Shown: positions 1 through 9,085 of the stretch, piece by piece
How positions within the stretch are numbered: the stretch's first letter is position 1
Layout of the letters: each line of letters opens with the position of its first letter
From: Nitriliruptorales bacterium
GTDB lineage: Bacteria; Actinomycetota; Nitriliruptoria; Euzebyales; Egibacteraceae
Assembly: GCA_009379795.1 (NCBI GenBank)
Contig: WHTC01000001.1
Span: 1 to 58,314 of the forward strand
Reading direction: 5' to 3'
Length of the DNA: 58,314 bases
Notes under the pieces: generated by a model
Databases searched by the model: none
The model's input: the letters and a program-made list of their open reading frames with translations, nothing else
Told to the model about the DNA's origin: nothing
Translations under genes and position numbers: made by a program

Positions 1-1664
1 ACCGGGTCGCGATCCACTCGGAGAACCGCCGGGAGTGGCTGTTCTCCGACCTCGGCATCGTCTCCGCGCGGGCGATCACGGTCGGGCTGTACCCCACCAA
101 TCCCAAGGCAGAGGTGCAATACCTGCTCTCCAACTCCGGCTCCCGGGTGCTGATCGCCGAGGACCAGGAGCAGGTCGACAAGGCGCTGGCCATCGCCGAC
201 ACGCTGCCCGACCTGGAGAAGATCGTGTACGTCGAGCCGCGCGGGGTGCGCCACTACGACGACCCCCGGCTGATGAGCTGGAAGGACTTCCTCGAACTGG
301 GGCGCAGCCACCGTGAATCCGAGCCGGGTGCCGTGGAGGCGCGCATGGCGGTGGCCACCCCCGACGACATCATGACCTTGATCTACACCTCGGGGACCAC
401 CGGACCGCCCAAGGGCGCGATCCTCAGCGTCACCAACGTCGAGTTCGCGATCTCCATCCTGGTCGAGGGCGGCGGGTTCACCGACCCTCCGCCAAGGGAC
501 TCCGACGTGATCCTGTCCTACCTGCCGCTCTGCCACGTCGCCGAGCGCATCTTCACGGTCTGGTTCAACGCCGCCGTGGGCGTGCAGGTCAACTTCGCCG
601 AATCCATCGAGACCGTGCAGCAGAACCTCCGCGAGGTGCAGCCGACCATCCTGTTCGGTGTCCCGCGTATCTGGGAGAAGATCGTCGCCGGCGTGACGAT
701 CCGGACGGCGTCGGCGTCCCGCCTCAAACGCTGGAACGCCGGCGTGTGGATGCGCGTGGCGCGGGGCATCGGCGACACCCTGGTGCGGACCGGCGGGCGG
801 CACACGCTGTCGACGCGCGTGCGCTACGCGGTCGGCTACCTGTTCCTCTACCGATCGCTCAAGGACCGCCTGGGATTGCGGCTGGTGCGCTACGCCGCCT
901 CCGGCGCGGCACCGATCGCGCCCGAGGTGCTCATGTTCTTCATGGGCATCGGCGTGCCGATGCACGAGGTTTACGGCATGACCGAGAACACCGCCGTGGC
1001 GACGGCCAACCGTGCGGGCCGGGTGAAGCTGGGCACGGTCGGCGAGCCGCACCCGGGAGTGGAGTTGCGCATCGACGAGACGACCGGCGAGATCCTCACG
1101 CGTCACCCCGGCACCTTCGTCGGCTACTGGCAGAGGCCGCGCGCCACCGCCGAGGCGATCGACGCGGATGGCTGGCTGCGCACCGGCGACGTCGGTCAGT
1201 GGGTCGACGGCACCCACGTCAGGATCACCGACCGCATCAAGGACATCATCATCACCGCCGGAGGCAAGAACATCTCACCCTCGGAGATCGAGAACTCCCT
1301 CAAGGCCTCGCCGTACATCAAGGAGGCCGTCGTCGTCGGTGATCGGCGGACGTACCTGACGGCGCTGATCGGCATCGAGTTGGATTCGGTCGGCGACTGG
1401 GCCCAGCGCCGCCGGATCCCCTACACCACCTACCGCGATCTGTCCGAGAAGCCGGAGGTCATCGACCTCGTCCAGGGCATCATCGACCAGGTCAACGGCA
1501 AGTTCGCCCAGGTCGAGGCGATCAGAGGATTCCGCATGCTGCCCAAGGAACTGGACCACGAGGACGGCGAGTTGACCGCCACGCAGAAGGTCAAGCGGGC
1601 CGCGATCCAGGAGATGTTCGCCGACGTCGTCGAGGAGATGTACGACAGCGGGAGGGCCGTGTGA
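1..1664 (+). CDS. AMP-dependent acyl-CoA synthetase/ligase (long-chain fatty acid-CoA ligase family), 5'-partial
   Basis: The frame of ORF 114..1664 stays open to the window edge (..RVAIHSENRREWLFSDLGIV..). It has the AMP-binding signature IYTSGTTGPPKGA and later GWLRTGD..DRIKD. Its stop overlaps the next gene's GTG start. Confidence 0.85.
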   Translation, partial: RVAIHSENRREWLFSDLGIVSARAITVGLYPTNPKAEVQYLLSNSGSRVLIAEDQEQVDKALAIADTLPDLEKIVYVEPRGVRHYDDPRLMSWKDFLELGRSHRESEPGAVEARMAVATPDDIMTLIYTSGTTGPPKGAILSVTNVEFAISILVEGGGFTDPPPRDSDVILSYLPLCHVAERIFTVWFNAAVGVQVNFAESIETVQQNLREVQPTILFGVPRIWEKIVAGVTIRTASASRLKRWNAGVWMRVARGIGDTLVRTGGRHTLSTRVRYAVGYLFLYRSLKDRLGLRLVRYAASGAAPIAPEVLMFFMGIGVPMHEVYGMTENTAVATANRAGRVKLGTVGEPHPGVELRIDETTGEILTRHPGTFVGYWQRPRATAEAIDADGWLRTGDVGQWVDGTHVRITDRIKDIIITAGGKNISPSEIENSLKASPYIKEAVVVGDRRTYLTALIGIELDSVGDWAQRRRIPYTTYRDLSEKPEVIDLVQGIIDQVNGKFAQVEAIRGFRMLPKELDHEDGELTATQKVKRAAIQEMFADVVEEMYDSGRAV

Positions 1665-2554
1665 TCCGGTTCATCCAGGCCCTGTACGGCGGGCTGGGCG
1701 CAGGGTCGATCTACGCGCTGATCGCGGTCGGCTTCGTCATCATCTACAAGTCGACCCGGATCATCAGTTTCGCCCAGCCCGGCCTCATGGTGGTCGGCGC
1801 GCTCACGGTCGCCTACCTGGGGCCCGTCTACGGGCTGCCGTTCTTCCTGGCGGTGCCCCTCGCGATGCTGCTGATCGCCGGGCTGGGGATGGTGATCGAG
1901 CGCGCCGCGCTGCGCCCCATGGTCGGCAAGCCTGTGTTCGTGATGGTGATCATCACACTCGGGATCGACGTCGTCCTGCGGGTGGTCGCCAACCGCTTCA
2001 TCGGCGTGACCGTGCGCCCGGTCGGCGACCCGTGGGGCTTCTCCACGTTCACCATCGCCGGCGTGCCCTTCCAGACGCGCTTCCTGATCATGCTGGCGGC
2101 GCTTGCTGCGGTCGTGGGGGTGCTGTTCGCCTTCTTCCGCTACTCCAGGATGGGCCTGGCCATGCGCGCCGCCGCCTTCGACCAGGAGACGGCCCTCGCC
2201 CAGGGCATCTCCGTGGGCGCGGTGTTTGCCCTGTCCTGGGCCATCGCCGCCGCACTGGCGACGCTGGCCGGCGTCTTCGTCGGCACGGGCACCCCGATCG
2301 ACCAGGGCACCTGGGTGATCGCGCTCAAGGCGCTGCCCGCGATCATCATCGGCGGGCTGGACTCGGTCGGCGGCGCCGTCATCGGGGGGCTGGCCGTGGG
2401 GGTGGTCGAGTCGCTGGTGGCGGCCTACCAGCCGGCCTACGCCCCCTGGCTGGGCAACAACTTCGAACTCGTCTCCCCTTATGTCGTGCTGCTGCTGGTA
2501 CTGCTGGTCCGGCCGTACGGGCTGTTCGGGACGCCGGAAGTGGAGCGCGTGTGA
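1661..2554 (+). CDS. livH: branched-chain-amino-acid-type ABC transporter permease (LivH family)
   Basis: 297 aa and strongly hydrophobic with multiple TM segments (..ALKALPAIIIGGLDSVGGAVIGG..). The GTG start overlaps the upstream stop, and a GGGAGGG SD lies just upstream. Confidence 0.85.
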   Translation: MIRFIQALYGGLGAGSIYALIAVGFVIIYKSTRIISFAQPGLMVVGALTVAYLGPVYGLPFFLAVPLAMLLIAGLGMVIERAALRPMVGKPVFVMVIITLGIDVVLRVVANRFIGVTVRPVGDPWGFSTFTIAGVPFQTRFLIMLAALAAVVGVLFAFFRYSRMGLAMRAAAFDQETALAQGISVGAVFALSWAIAAALATLAGVFVGTGTPIDQGTWVIALKALPAIIIGGLDSVGGAVIGGLAVGVVESLVAAYQPAYAPWLGNNFELVSPYVVLLLVLLVRPYGLFGTPEVERV

Positions 2555-3732
2555 CAACCGCCGTCCACCGTCCGGCGAAGCCGGGCGCCCGGCTTGGCCG
2601 CGACGGCCGCCGCGCCCGCACTCGCCTGCGGCGGCGGCCGGAGCTGTACACGTCCTACGCGGCCGACATGGCACTGCTCAACACACCGGGCAAGCGACTG
2701 GGGGTCGGCGGCATCCTGCTTCTGGGCGTGGTCATGCCCTTCATGGTGACCGACGACATCCTGGTCATCCTCGCCTCGGCCTGCGCGCTGTCCATCGGTG
2801 CGATCGGGCTGAACCTCGTCACGGGCTACGCCGGGCAGGTTTCGCTGGGCCATGCGTTCTTCGCCGGTCTGGGGGCATACACGGCGGCGGTGCTCAGCGG
2901 TGATCCGGCCCACCGGACGCTGGGCTACGGCGTCTCGGACATGGTGTTCTGGCTTCCCGCCGCCGGCATCGTTGCGGGCTTGGCGGGTCTGCTCGTCGCG
3001 CCGATCGCCGCGCGCCTGCGCGGCCTGTACCTGGCGATCGTGACGCTTGGGCTGGTGTTCCTCGGCGAGCATGTCTTCCGCGAGGCGACCCGGATCACGG
3101 GCGGGGTCGGCGTCGGCCGGCCCGGACCCACCCCCCAACTGTTCGGGTTCAACTTCCGGACATCCAGCGAGTTTCTGACCGGTGCGCAGCAGACGTACCT
3201 GATCCTGCTCGCCCTCCTGGCGATCCTCGCGCTGCTGGGGCGCAACATCGCGCGCGGGGATGTGGGACGGGCGTTCGCCGCCGTGCGCGACCGCGACATC
3301 GCCGCCGAGATCATCGGCGTCAACCTCATGCGCACCAAGCTGCGGGCGTTCACGATCTCGTCGTTCTACGCGGGGGTGGCGGGGGCGCTGATCTACACGG
3401 TCACGCCGTTCGTCGAGCCATCCTCATTCAACCTGCTGCTGAGCGTGCTGTTCGTCGCGATGATCCTGATCGGCGGGGTGGCGACGATCTCCGGGTCGAT
3501 CATGGGTGCGTTCTTCATCGCGATCCTCCCGCGGTTCACTCAGGAGCTGCCGCGCGTCGTGCCCTTCATCAGCGCGCAGCCCACCGGAGGAGGCATCCTG
3601 ACTGCGTCGCAGGTGGAGTCGATCCTCTACGGCCTGCTGATCATCGCGTTCCTGGTCTTCGAGCCGCGGGGGCTGTTCGGATTGTGGCTGCGAGCGCGCA
3701 ACTACTGGAAGGGCTGGCCCTTCTCCTACTGA
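2551..3732 (+). CDS. livM: branched-chain-amino-acid-type ABC transporter permease (LivM family)
   Basis: An in-frame GTG at 2551 overlaps the livH stop (GTGA). The protein is TM-rich with ..GYAGQVSLGHAFFAGLGAYT... The ORF-track start at 2032 lies inside livH and is rejected. Confidence 0.8.
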   Translation: MTTAVHRPAKPGARLGRDGRRARTRLRRRPELYTSYAADMALLNTPGKRLGVGGILLLGVVMPFMVTDDILVILASACALSIGAIGLNLVTGYAGQVSLGHAFFAGLGAYTAAVLSGDPAHRTLGYGVSDMVFWLPAAGIVAGLAGLLVAPIAARLRGLYLAIVTLGLVFLGEHVFREATRITGGVGVGRPGPTPQLFGFNFRTSSEFLTGAQQTYLILLALLAILALLGRNIARGDVGRAFAAVRDRDIAAEIIGVNLMRTKLRAFTISSFYAGVAGALIYTVTPFVEPSSFNLLLSVLFVAMILIGGVATISGSIMGAFFIAILPRFTQELPRVVPFISAQPTGGGILTASQVESILYGLLIIAFLVFEPRGLFGLWLRARNYWKGWPFSY

Positions 3733-3856
3733 ACGCGCGCTGGAGGGCCCTCGCTCGCACCCGCCTCGTACTACATCAGCCATACTACGAACCTCCCGGA
3801 CTGCACGACCGAGGGCTGTGCCTGACGGCGACGGCCCCGAGCACAGAAGGGCCGAG

Positions 3857-5230
3857 ATGAGAGAGACGACGTACCTGCGCCGCCTCGGAGTGCTGCTGGC
3901 GCTGGGTCTGCTGGCGGCGGGCTGCCGTGGCGGCGGCGGAGCGGCGACTGACGCCGATACGGAGGCGGCCGAGGACACTGAGGCCGCTGAGGACACCGGC
4001 ACCGAAGGCGAGGAGGCGGCGACAGGCGACGTCGCATTCGACGTAGGCGTGACTGAGGAACCCTGCCCCGATGCGGTGAACGATGGCAACGGCTGCATCT
4101 ATCTCGGAACGATCTCCGACCTCACTCAGGGTCCGTTCTCGTCGCTGGGGCCCCCCATCACCGAGGCGCAGGCCGCCTTCTGGCGGACCGTCAACGAAGA
4201 GGGTGGCATCGGCGGGCAGTTCGACGTCGACGTGACCACCTACGTCCGCGACAACCTCTACAACCCGGAGACCCACAACCAGGTCTACCAGGAGATCAAG
4301 GGCGAGGTCCTGGCCTTGGCCCAGACCCTCGGCTCCCCCACCACCGCGGCGATCATCGATGACATGAGGGCAGAGGAGATCGTGGGGGCGCCCGCCTCCT
4401 GGACCTCGGCGTGGGCCTTCGAGGACGTGCTCCTCGAATCCGGCGCCAACTACTGCATCGAGTCGATGAACGCGATCGACTACGCCCTCGAGAACTTCGA
4501 GAGTCCGATCGAGACCGTCACGGCCGTCCACTATCCGGGTGACTACGGCGACGACGGTGCCGCCGGCGCCCGCGTAGCAGCGGAGGAGAACGGCCTGGAG
4601 TTCATCGACGTGCCGACCAACCCTGGCCCCGACAATCAGGCCGGGGCCATCGACTCCCTGGTCAGCGAGTCGCCGGATCTGGTGATCATGACCACCAACC
4701 CGACCGACATGGCGACGATCGTCGGTCAGGCAGCCGCTCAGGGCTACCAGGGCCGGGTCATCGGCACGAGCCCGACCTGGAACCCCGGTGTCGTCGACTC
4801 GCCCGCGATCGATGCGGTCGAGGCGCTCTACATCCAGTCGGGTCCCTGGCAGACCTACGCCTCGGACACCGAGGGCCACGCAGCCATGCGCGAGGCGCTG
4901 GGGAGCGAGGAGGGCAACGACGGTCAGACTTCGGGCTGGGCCTGGTCCTACCCGCTGCGCGCCGCACTGGAGGCGGCCGTGGAGAACGGCGACCTGACCC
5001 GGTCGGGACTGCTGGAGGCCGTCGGGACCCTGGACTCGGTCGACTACCAGGGCATGGTCCCCGAGATCGACTACTCCGGTGAGCCCGACGACGCGGCCGT
5101 CCGGGGTACGTTCTTCTCGGAGGTCGACCGCGAGGCGTCCACCGGTGTGGGTTCGATCACCGAGGAGGCTTACACCGGCCCCACCGCGGAGACCTTCGAG
5201 CTGACCGAGCCCTGCTATGAGGCGGACTGA
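3857..5230 (+). CDS. ABC transporter substrate-binding lipoprotein (LivK / type-1 periplasmic binding protein-like)
   Basis: The internal ATG at 3857 gives MRETTYLRRLGVLLALGLLAAGC, a signal peptide with a lipobox Cys. An acidic TEAAED-repeat linker and a binding-protein-like body follow. The gene sits directly after the two permease genes. Confidence 0.75.
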   Translation: MRETTYLRRLGVLLALGLLAAGCRGGGGAATDADTEAAEDTEAAEDTGTEGEEAATGDVAFDVGVTEEPCPDAVNDGNGCIYLGTISDLTQGPFSSLGPPITEAQAAFWRTVNEEGGIGGQFDVDVTTYVRDNLYNPETHNQVYQEIKGEVLALAQTLGSPTTAAIIDDMRAEEIVGAPASWTSAWAFEDVLLESGANYCIESMNAIDYALENFESPIETVTAVHYPGDYGDDGAAGARVAAEENGLEFIDVPTNPGPDNQAGAIDSLVSESPDLVIMTTNPTDMATIVGQAAAQGYQGRVIGTSPTWNPGVVDSPAIDAVEALYIQSGPWQTYASDTEGHAAMREALGSEEGNDGQTSGWAWSYPLRAALEAAVENGDLTRSGLLEAVGTLDSVDYQGMVPEIDYSGEPDDAAVRGTFFSEVDREASTGVGSITEEAYTGPTAETFELTEPCYEAD

Positions 5231-5258
5231 CCCGCACCAGCCCATCCGCACCAGCCTT

Positions 5259-5288
5259 GGGCCGCCCGCACCGCGCGATGGGCGGCCC
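5259..5288 (+). terminator. GC-rich hairpin downstream of the binding-protein gene
   Basis: GGGCCGCCC (5259-5267) pairs perfectly with GGGCGGCCC (5280-5288) across a 12-nt loop and is followed by TT. It lies 29 nt after the stop at 5230. Confidence 0.45.
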
Positions 5289-5411
5289 TTGGTCATCTAC
5301 CTACGTCACTTCCGGATTTTCTCCCTGGACCCGAACACGTAGCGAACTTCGGGCAGCTCGCTGCCCGGGTATGCGGCTGGGCCTGGGAGCTGCCTCGGTC
5401 TGGCCACCGGT

Positions 5412-5588
5412 CCCGGATACCGGCACCCCGCCCCGCCGTTCACCTCCACGTGACGCTGACCGGTCATGCAGCGTCCGGTCGTCTTCACATGGCGCCGCCG
5501 ATCGTCCTCACGTGAATCTGACCGGTCAGCAATCGTCGGTTCACCTTCACGCGAAGCCGACCGGCGTGGCCGGACCACACACCTGGCC
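5412..5588 (+). repeat. structured intergenic repeat element, copy A (two tandem 62-bp units)
   Basis: CACGTG occurs at 5447-5452 and 5509-5514, and TGACCGGTCA at 5457-5466 and 5519-5528, both with a 62-bp period. CTTCACGCGAAG is at 5545-5556. The reverse complement of 17337-17516 aligns along the whole length. Confidence 0.8.
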
Positions 5589-5684
5589 TCGGGCGGCGCG
5601 AGCCGCGCTAACCTCGGCCGGACGGCTCGATCGGAATGCCTCGGCGGGCGCACGGCCGCCCATCGTGAGCAGTGAGGAACAGTG

Positions 5685-6548
5685 ATGACATTGGACAACG
5701 GCATCGGCGTGATCGGACTGGGCACCATGGGCGCGCCGATGGCCGCCCGCCTGGCCGCCGGAGGCCACCGAGTCTTCGCGTGGAACCGCTCGCCGGTGGC
5801 AGCTCCGGCCGGGGTCGAACTGGTCGGCTCGCCGGCGGATCTGGCAGACCACGCGGACACGGTCCTGGTCATGGTCACCGGGCCTGAGGCCGTGCGCCAG
5901 GTGCTCTTCGACGATCACGGCTGGGCAGCCAACGCCAGCGCCGGGCACATCGTTGTCCAGTCGTCGACCATTGGGCCCGACGAGATGCGCGCAGTCGGCG
6001 CCGAACTCGCCTCACGAGGGGTGCGTGCGCTCGACGCACCGGTGAGCGGGTCGTCCGAGCCAGCCCGAAAGGGCGAACTGGTCGTCCTGGGGGGCGGTGA
6101 TTCTGGCGACTTCGCCGAGTTGGCGCCCCTGTTCGATGCGATCGCCCGCAAGGTGGTCGTGTTCGGACCGGTGGGCAGCGGATCAGCGGTGAAACTCGCG
6201 GTCAACGCGGTGCTGATCTCCACGGTCGCAGCCGGCGCCGAAGCGTTGAACTGGCTACTCGGCAGGGAGCCCGACCTCGACATCGAGCAGGTCGCGGGTG
6301 TGCTCGAACGCGTGTCCCCGATCCTGGCCGGCCGGGCCCAGAAGATCGCCGGTGAGCCAGCGCCGAGTGGCTTCCCGTTGGCTCACGTGACCAAGGATCT
6401 GCGCCTGATCGAAGCGGGGTCGGCGAAGCACACGGTCCTGTCCAGCGTGCTGGCGGTCTGTGCCGACGCCGCGGCGAGCGGCTTCGGCGAGACCGACCTC
6501 GCCGCGTTGGGAACGTACCTGCGCTCATCGCGTCGAGGTCGGCTGTGA
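5685..6548 (+). CDS. NAD(P)-dependent beta-hydroxyacid dehydrogenase (3-hydroxyisobutyrate / 6-phosphogluconate dehydrogenase-like family)
   Basis: N-terminal Rossmann motif GVIGLGTMGAPMAARLAAGGHRVFAWNRS. ATG at 5685 with a GAGGAA SD 5 nt upstream; the GTG at 5682 is an alternative start. Confidence 0.85.
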   Translation: MTLDNGIGVIGLGTMGAPMAARLAAGGHRVFAWNRSPVAAPAGVELVGSPADLADHADTVLVMVTGPEAVRQVLFDDHGWAANASAGHIVVQSSTIGPDEMRAVGAELASRGVRALDAPVSGSSEPARKGELVVLGGGDSGDFAELAPLFDAIARKVVVFGPVGSGSAVKLAVNAVLISTVAAGAEALNWLLGREPDLDIEQVAGVLERVSPILAGRAQKIAGEPAPSGFPLAHVTKDLRLIEAGSAKHTVLSSVLAVCADAAASGFGETDLAALGTYLRSSRRGRL

Positions 6549-6623
6549 TGCCCATCGGGTGATACGCGCGCCCGAGCGGGTTCTCCTGGCGTCGCCGCCG
6601 CGGGCCTGGGTACGCTGCGAATC

Positions 6624-7862
6624 ATGGCCTCCAGCGACCTTGACGCGTTCGCGATGGTCCTGGCCGGCGGGGAGGGAAAGCGGCTCGCACCCCTAACCGC
6701 AGACCGCGCCAAGCCGGCGGTTCCCTTCGGCGGCAACTACCGCATCATCGATTTCGTCCTTTCGAACCTGGTGAATGCGGGCTACTGCAAAATCGCCGTG
6801 CTCACGCAGTACAAGAGCCACAGCCTGGACCGCCACATCAACCTCACATGGCGGATGTCCCAGATGACCGGTAACTACGTGCTGTCGGTGCCCGCACAGA
6901 TGCGACGGGGGCCGCGCTGGTATCTGGGATCCGCGGACGCGCTGTACCAGAACTTCAACCTCATCTCCGACGAGCGGCCCCGCTCAATCCTGGTTTTCGG
7001 GGCGGATCACATCTACCGGATGGACCCGCGTCAGATGGTGAAGGAGCACCTCCAATCGGGTGCGGGCCTGACCGTGGCGGCGTTGCGCGTCCCGCGGGAA
7101 CAGGCCGACCAGTTCGGGGTGATCGAGGCAGATCTCAGCGGGCGCATCACGGCGTTCAAGGAGAAACCCAAGCAGGCCGAGGGACTTCCCGATGCACCGG
7201 ACCAGGTCTACGCCTCGATGGGCAACTACTGCTTCACCACCGAAGCGCTCATGGGCGCGGTCGCTGCCGACGCCGCCGACGAGCGGTCCAAGCACGACGT
7301 CGGGGGCGACCTCGTGCCGGCGTTCGTGAACAAGGGCGACGCGCACGTCTACGACTTCTCGTCGAACCACGTGCCCGGCTCGACCGAACGCGACCGCGGC
7401 TACTGGCGCGACGTGGGAACGCTGGACGCCTACTTCGACGCACACATGGACCTCATCTCGGTCCACCCGATCTTCAACCTCTACAACCGCCAGTGGCCGA
7501 TCCTCACGTGGCACCCACCGCTGCCGCCGGCCAAGTTCGTCCATAACAGTGGGGACCGCGTCGGGCGGGCGGTCGAGTCCCTGGTCGCCGAAGGCGTGAT
7601 CGTCTCGGGCGGGGACGTGCGCCGCTCAGTGCTCTCCAGTGGCGTGGTCGTGCACTCCTATGCCGAAGTGACCGGATCGGTGCTCATGCAGGGCGTGGAC
7701 GTCGGCGAGCACGCGATCGTGCGCAACGCGATCGTGGACAAGCAGGTGCGCATCGCCGACGGCGCGCAGATCGGTGTCGACCATGAGGCGGATCGGGAGC
7801 GTTTCACCATCACGTCCAACGGCGTCGTGGTGATCGGTAAGGGCGAGCGAGTGGAAGTGTGA
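6624..7862 (+). CDS. glgC: glucose-1-phosphate adenylyltransferase
   Basis: Characteristic N-terminus ..[55 protein letters not shown].. and a left-handed beta-helix-like C-terminus. Confidence 0.95.
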   Translation: MASSDLDAFAMVLAGGEGKRLAPLTADRAKPAVPFGGNYRIIDFVLSNLVNAGYCKIAVLTQYKSHSLDRHINLTWRMSQMTGNYVLSVPAQMRRGPRWYLGSADALYQNFNLISDERPRSILVFGADHIYRMDPRQMVKEHLQSGAGLTVAALRVPREQADQFGVIEADLSGRITAFKEKPKQAEGLPDAPDQVYASMGNYCFTTEALMGAVAADAADERSKHDVGGDLVPAFVNKGDAHVYDFSSNHVPGSTERDRGYWRDVGTLDAYFDAHMDLISVHPIFNLYNRQWPILTWHPPLPPAKFVHNSGDRVGRAVESLVAEGVIVSGGDVRRSVLSSGVVVHSYAEVTGSVLMQGVDVGEHAIVRNAIVDKQVRIADGAQIGVDHEADRERFTITSNGVVVIGKGERVEV

Positions 7863-7865
7863 CCG

Positions 7866-9083
7866 ATGCGCGTCAGCCTGCTGACCCGCGAGTTCCCACC
7901 TGAGGTCTATGGCGGCGCCGGCGTCCACGTCGAGCAGTTGTCCGCCTTCCTGGCCCCGCTGGTCGACCTGGCCGTGCACTGCTTCGGCGAGCCGCGAGCC
8001 TCGCCGCTGGTCGCCGGGACCTACGAGCCATGGGACGCCCTGGCCGGTGCGGCGCCGCACGTGTCGGCGCTGCGGATGATGTCGGTGGACCTCGCGATGA
8101 CCGCTGGCGTCGCGGACGCCGACCTCGTCCACAGCCACACCTGGTACACCAACCTGGCCGGTCATCTGTCGGCGCTTACCTACGGGATCCCGCATGTGGC
8201 GACCACCCACTCGCTGGAGCCCCTGCGCCCGTGGAAAGCCGAGCAGCTCGGCGGCGGCTACGCGCTGTCGCGCTTCTGCGAGCGCACGGCACTCGAGGCG
8301 GCCGACAGGATCATCGCCGTGTCCAGGCAGATGCGCGACGACGTGTTGAAGTGCTACCCCGCGATCGACCCCGACCGCGTCGAGGTGATCTTCAACGGCA
8401 TCGATACCGAGCTGTACCACCCCGACCCGGGCACGGACGTCCTCGTGCGCTACGGCTTGGACCCGGAACGTCCGATCGTGACCTTCGTGGGGCGGATCAC
8501 GCGACAGAAGGGGCTGGTGCACCTGCTGGAGGCCGCGCCCAGGATCGATCCGGCGGGCCAACTGGTGTTGTGCGCCGGCGCGCCCGACACCGCCGAGATC
8601 GCCGCCGAAGTCGAGCGACTGGTGGCCGAGGTTCGTGCGCGCCGCGGCGGGGTCACGTGGATCCGCCAGGTGCTGCCGCGCCGCGAGATCGTGCAACTGC
8701 TGAGTCACACCGCCGTGTTCGTCTGCCCGTCCATCTACGAGCCGTTCGGGCTGGTGAACGTCGAGGCGATGGCGTGCGAATCCGCGGTGGTCGCCTCGGC
8801 AGTGGGAGGCATCCCCGAGGTCGTGGTCCACGGCAAGACCGGCCTGCTGGTGAGCTTCCAGCCCAGCGACGACCTCTACGGCACCCCCGCCGATCCGGCC
8901 GCGTACGCCGCCGGGCTCGCCGAGGCGGTGAACCGGCTGATCGCCGACCCGGCACGGGCCCACGCGATGGGCAGAGCCGGCCGGCAGCGGGTGGTCGAGG
9001 TCTTCAGCTGGCCGGCGATCGCTGAGCGCACGGTGGCGCTGTACCGCCGGATGCTGGACCGCGCCGCGCCGCGCCAGGCGTGA
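7866..9083 (+). CDS. glgA: GT4 glycogen synthase, actinobacterial GlgA/GlgM type (ADP-glucose-dependent alpha-1,4-glucosyltransferase)
   Basis: MRVSLLTREFPPEVYGGAGVHVEQL.. N-terminus, then ..FVGRITRQKG.. and ..PSIYEPFGLVNVEAMACE.. (GT-B, E-x7-E region). It lies 3 nt after glgC. Confidence 0.9.
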   Translation: MRVSLLTREFPPEVYGGAGVHVEQLSAFLAPLVDLAVHCFGEPRASPLVAGTYEPWDALAGAAPHVSALRMMSVDLAMTAGVADADLVHSHTWYTNLAGHLSALTYGIPHVATTHSLEPLRPWKAEQLGGGYALSRFCERTALEAADRIIAVSRQMRDDVLKCYPAIDPDRVEVIFNGIDTELYHPDPGTDVLVRYGLDPERPIVTFVGRITRQKGLVHLLEAAPRIDPAGQLVLCAGAPDTAEIAAEVERLVAEVRARRGGVTWIRQVLPRREIVQLLSHTAVFVCPSIYEPFGLVNVEAMACESAVVASAVGGIPEVVVHGKTGLLVSFQPSDDLYGTPADPAAYAAGLAEAVNRLIADPARAHAMGRAGRQRVVEVFSWPAIAERTVALYRRMLDRAAPRQA

Positions 9084-9085
9084 CG

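Noticed and set aside
1430-2674. Long antisense or alternative-frame ORFs throughout the track. Examples: 1430..2674(-), 3785..5296(-), 7626..8963(-), 9080..10780(+), 14394..16691(+), 21692..23014(+), 34314..35912(+), 38071..39018(+).
   Set aside because: Their translations are Arg/Pro/Gly/Ala-rich low-complexity strings with no motifs. They overlap genes that have clear family signatures on the other strand or frame. These are the usual shadow ORFs of a ~70% GC genome.
5447-5528. The tandem 62-bp units could be a mini CRISPR-like or other tandem array.
   Set aside because: There are only two units per copy, no unique spacers, no cas genes, and the units diverge from each other.
5257-5685. 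ORFs across the repeat copies (5257..5685, 5466..5675, 17159..17416, 17440..17625) give similar peptides, which could suggest a small paralogous protein family.
   Set aside because: The similarity follows from the DNA repeat being read in several frames on both strands. There is no SD, the codon bias is poor, and the similar peptides occur in different frames of the same DNA.
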